DNA of 63,985 nucleotides, counting the filler, from an uncultured bacterium (lineage in GTDB: Bacteria; CAYSBA01): NCBI GenBank assembly GCA_964429075.1. It is 14 parts of 14 records of this genome, joined end to end, with 100 filler letters (N's around TTAATTAATTAA, not from the genome) between each part and the next. Parts side by side here need not be neighbours in the genome. Positions count along the whole stretch, not along the records: positions 60,624 to 63,985 come from CAYSBA010000208.1; 13 more parts are not named here. One strand, 5' to 3'. Under the pieces are notes generated by a model. The model did no database searches. It saw nothing but the letters and a program-made list of their open reading frames with translations, and was not told the origin of the DNA. The translations under genes were made by a program, and so were the position numbers. Every line of letters starts with the position of its first letter. Within the stretch, counting starts at the first letter, position 1. Of this stretch, positions 60,643-63,985 are shown piece by piece.

Positions 60643-62778
60643 ATGAAAGGGCCCTTTATGTCAAGAAACCTAATCACATTGATTGTATTTTCTATTCTGG
60701 TTTCTTTTTATAGCTGTGGTAAAAAACCTCAGAAAAAAAATGATGAAGGTAATAACAACAACAATCAACATGTGGTAAAACCCACAGGACTTACCCTTGT
60801 ATCTCCAAATACAATCTATACCCACCCACAAAAAAAGGAGGATATTGTTGTACTTGTCCTGGCAGAACAGGTTGGTATTCTTGAATTTGTGCCGGTACAT
60901 TTCAGCTTGATACAGGCACCTCAGGGTGCCTATATGGAATCCGAAACGGTCTTAAGTGATGCAAGTGGAGTTGCAACCGGTGTACTTTATACAGGCGATG
61001 AGCCCGCTACATTTACGGTCAAAATAGAGGTTGAGGGTGTGGATCCAGTTGCAGTAACAGTTGTATCTACACCAATAACATGGACCCTTCAGATAGTTGG
61101 CTCCTCCCTGCGGAGTGCATACATAAATCAGAATATAACACTTCAGGCAAGAATATTTGAGACAGATACAGGCATTCCTGTAAGTGGTGTTGATATGACC
61201 TTCAAGATACCAGATAATATTGTAAATCCAGGTGGAGCCTCCACAGATCCTCAGACTGTTACCACAGATTTGCAGGGGGTTGGTACCACCACATTCTTCG
61301 CAGGTACAGAGCCTGCAAATTATACTGTTGAGGTATCTGTTGATGGTGTGGAATCACAGTACTTTGAAATAAAGGTCTATGAACCTGGGAGCTGTGGTGG
61401 CGATGCCTGCTGCCAGACCGATCATGATTGTGGGGTTGGTTATCAGTGTATAGATGGCAACTGTTTTCAACAGGATGTACACGATACCTGTACGCAGGAT
61501 TCAGAATGTCCTAACGGCTGGTTGTGTGTAGCTGGTTACTGCAGACAGGTTAGCAATGAATATCAATGTTATGAAGATTCAGACTGTCCTGCAAACAGTA
61601 TGTGCATTAAGGGGATATGCAAGCTAAGTGGTGACAATCAGTGTACCTCTGATCCTGACTGTCAGGGTGGTCAGGTCTGTATGATAGCAGCAGGGGATGG
61701 TCCGATCTCCGGTATATGTGTGGATTGTTATGAGGATTCGCACTGCCCAATTGGTGATAGATGCATTGCCAATTCTTGTGAACCCATACCACAACAGGAT
61801 ATAATCCCAGATCTTGAGGGTCTGTGGGATACTGCATATAAAATCGATCTGACGGATGCCCTGCCTCTTGGTCTTTCGAATCTTGGTGAGCCACTCAATA
61901 TCCTCGATCAGATATTAATGGGTAGTTTTGATTTCAGTTCAATTCCCTTTATTGGATCTCTTATAGAACAAGCAGTTCAGAGTTTTATACAGAATTATAT
62001 CCCGCCCTGGGTGCCAGAAGTGGTACATGTACTCGATAATATTGTTAACCTCTTTCAGGTAATGACAGCTCGAGGAACTATGGAAGTATGGCATATGAAT
62101 CCCCCAGATGTTGTACACTGTGAAGAGGACTGGGAGCATATTATAGTCTACTGGATAGAACAATGCCCGCAGGGCAGGCTGGATCCAAATTATCCTTCAT
62201 GTGCAGAGCTTGACATAGCTACAGGTGCCAACACCGTTGAGGTTGAGGTTTTACCCTTTGATGGCCGGATTGAAAACAGAAGCAATTTTATTGTCGATAA
62301 TAGAAGGGTCAAGATAAAGATGTATCAACTTGTATCCTATGTAGTAAACCTCGTTATCAGAATTACAACAGGGTACAACGATCTTGCAGATATGATGACA
62401 CATGTGATTGATTGTCAAGAGGTCCAGAACCAGGTAGACAGCATAGCGTGTAATATAGGGTGGTGTGGAGGAGTACCGGGCATCTATCAGGCATGTCAGG
62501 CAGCACTTCAGCAGGTGGCGAATCAGATTATGAATCAGCTCGCTGGGATTGGGGTTGGATGGACTGTATTTGAGTTCAAACAGGAAGCCACTATCATCGA
62601 TACCAACACAAATCTGCCAAGACCACCGGCAACAGATCTCATCGGATATGATCAGAGCTGTGTTATGCAGAATGGATTTGAGCCAGAATGCAGAGCACAG
62701 GGTAAAGGTCTTGAGGGAGATTGTAATGTTGTATTCACCGGCGATATCTCTGGAATATGGAAAGGTAAAAAACGCTAA
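60643..62778 (+). CDS. Lipoprotein with two invasin/Big_1-like Ig domains, Dickkopf-like Cys repeats and a C-terminal domain of unknown function
   Basis: Lipobox FYSC; SDASGVA and TTDLQGVG Ig motifs; five CxxDxxC repeats. Confidence 0.75.
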   Translation: MKGPFMSRNLITLIVFSILVSFYSCGKKPQKKNDEGNNNNNQHVVKPTGLTLVSPNTIYTHPQKKEDIVVLVLAEQVGILEFVPVHFSLIQAPQGAYMESETVLSDASGVATGVLYTGDEPATFTVKIEVEGVDPVAVTVVSTPITWTLQIVGSSLRSAYINQNITLQARIFETDTGIPVSGVDMTFKIPDNIVNPGGASTDPQTVTTDLQGVGTTTFFAGTEPANYTVEVSVDGVESQYFEIKVYEPGSCGGDACCQTDHDCGVGYQCIDGNCFQQDVHDTCTQDSECPNGWLCVAGYCRQVSNEYQCYEDSDCPANSMCIKGICKLSGDNQCTSDPDCQGGQVCMIAAGDGPISGICVDCYEDSHCPIGDRCIANSCEPIPQQDIIPDLEGLWDTAYKIDLTDALPLGLSNLGEPLNILDQILMGSFDFSSIPFIGSLIEQAVQSFIQNYIPPWVPEVVHVLDNIVNLFQVMTARGTMEVWHMNPPDVVHCEEDWEHIIVYWIEQCPQGRLDPNYPSCAELDIATGANTVEVEVLPFDGRIENRSNFIVDNRRVKIKMYQLVSYVVNLVIRITTGYNDLADMMTHVIDCQEVQNQVDSIACNIGWCGGVPGIYQACQAALQQVANQIMNQLAGIGVGWTVFEFKQEATIIDTNTNLPRPPATDLIGYDQSCVMQNGFEPECRAQGKGLEGDCNVVFTGDISGIWKGKKR

Positions 62779-63230
62779 GGTTCACTTAATATAAATCCTA
62801 TCTGCACAATTATATATGAGGTGGCAAAGGCCCATGAAATTGGTATAGTCCTTCTTTTACCATCTCGTTTGAAAAACCATCTTTCTTTGTTTTGAAAAAG
62901 GACAGCAAACAAACCCAACAGAAAAAAGGATACAGCAGATGCTCCCAAAAAGGTCAGTATTTCTGGCCAGCCCATTGAAAGACTCAAGGGCATGATGAAA
63001 AAGAAATCATTTTTGTCTATTGCCTTAAGGAGCACAGGCAATCCAACTATAAGTATATGGAGGCCAAGGCATAAAGGCAGGTTTATTGCTGAACTGAATA
63101 AAACAGGTATCGATAAAATCATGCCAACAACCCAGCTATATATTAACGGCTCGTGTCTGCTAAGAATGCTTATCCATAGATAAAAAGCGTATAGCAGGCT
63201 TAGTAATCTAAAGATTTCAACTATTTTCAT
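62775..63230 (-). CDS. Hypothetical membrane protein (weak A24-peptidase-like appearance)
   Basis: Several TM helices, TIPISWAF near C-terminus; overlaps neighbours. Confidence 0.55.
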   Translation of the reverse strand: MKIVEIFRLLSLLYAFYLWISILSRHEPLIYSWVVGMILSIPVLFSSAINLPLCLGLHILIVGLPVLLKAIDKNDFFFIMPLSLSMGWPEILTFLGASAVSFFLLGLFAVLFQNKERWFFKRDGKRRTIPISWAFATSYIIVQIGFILSEP

Positions 63231-63660
63231 CTTGATGTTTTATTTCTTGTCTCTTTTGTTTTTTGTCTAAAAGGAAGTGAAAAAGATATAGCAGGATAAA
63301 AAATATAAAAGAGGCCGATAGTGATGCCAGAAACCAGCTTTTACCCTGAATTATACCGAGTGATAGTGCAATGGCAATCTTAAGGGTATAGAAGAAAAGA
63401 AGGTATAGAAAGATATTCCATACTGGGGATTCATCTTGAGATAAAAGATGAAAAAGTAAATAGAAGATCAAGACAGCAGGCAAATAGGCAAATTCCTCTG
63501 TAAACATGAGCAGGAATAATTTAAAGCTCCTGTTAAGATCTAAAGAAATAAGATAAGACCATACACTACCTGTGATTATAAATTTTGCTGGGACAGTCCC
63601 AAAAAGGATTGCAAGGGTAGAAAAGAAAAAGGCTCGTGATATGTCTCTTACAATGTTCAA
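63217..63660 (-). CDS. Hypothetical membrane protein
   Basis: About four TM helices; start overlaps truA stop. Confidence 0.55.
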   Translation of the reverse strand: MNIVRDISRAFFFSTLAILFGTVPAKFIITGSVWSYLISLDLNRSFKLFLLMFTEEFAYLPAVLIFYLLFHLLSQDESPVWNIFLYLLFFYTLKIAIALSLGIIQGKSWFLASLSASFIFFILLYLFHFLLDKKQKRQEIKHQDENS

Positions 63661-63985
63661 AAGTCAACCTTAATAAGACATAGCCCTTTTGCAGGTGCAC
63701 ATGTACCTGCCATACGTCTATCTTTTGCATCTAAGATTAATTTCATCTCTTCTGGTTCAATGTTGCCACGCCCGATATCCACAAGTGTACCAACAATGTT
63801 TCTTACCATCTGTTTCAAGAAGGCCCTTCCATATATATCAAATACAATCTGATAATTTTCCTTTGTAATCTTAATTGATGTAAGTTCCAGGACAGTCTTT
63901 TTTTTTGGATCTGCACCAGAAGCCATAAATGATCTAAAATCGTGTACACCAGTTAAACATGCTGCAGCCTCCTTCATCCTTTTTT
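63657..63985 (-). CDS. truA: tRNA pseudouridine(38-40) synthase, C-terminal part
   Basis: G.HDFRSF, FLKQMVRNIVGTL, APAKGL.L. Confidence 0.95.
   Translation of the reverse strand, partial: KRMKEAAACLTGVHDFRSFMASGADPKKKTVLELTSIKITKENYQIVFDIYGRAFLKQMVRNIVGTLVDIGRGNIEPEEMKLILDAKDRRMAGTCAPAKGLCLIKVDF

Overview
This window is not one contiguous locus. It holds 14 unrelated contigs of about 4.4-4.7 kb, sorted by decreasing length and joined by 100-nt linkers (44 N + TTAATTAATTAA + 44 N), plus five internal 10-N gaps that split real genes. Gene context is therefore only meaningful within a contig. The DNA is AT-rich (roughly 35-40% GC by eye) and gene-dense, yet carries many protein families typical of Myxococcota/deltaproteobacteria: a TIGR04551-like barrel, a zinc-ribbon/GYF/TPR protein, Cys-rich lipoproteins and a KKWWFW-tailed protein. 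Housekeeping genes include cdsA, nfo, ggt, nikMN/cbiM, rsmB, rpe, cstA, trmL, queA, nadB, nagZ, phoBR-like and truA. The best candidate for an undescribed system is a menaquinone-type prenylation operon whose MenA is fused to an N-terminal flavin-binding split-barrel (PNPOx-like) domain. Other notable items are a Kazal/antistasin multi-inhibitor lipoprotein, a PilY1 with a Cys-rich insert, a 9-PKD stalk lipoprotein, a barrel+lipase operon, a tandem palindromic operator over a phasin-like promoter, two REP hairpins and IS relics. A 4.58-kb perfectly palindromic contig is most likely an amplification or assembly artefact. Family assignments come from motif recognition only; no searches were run.
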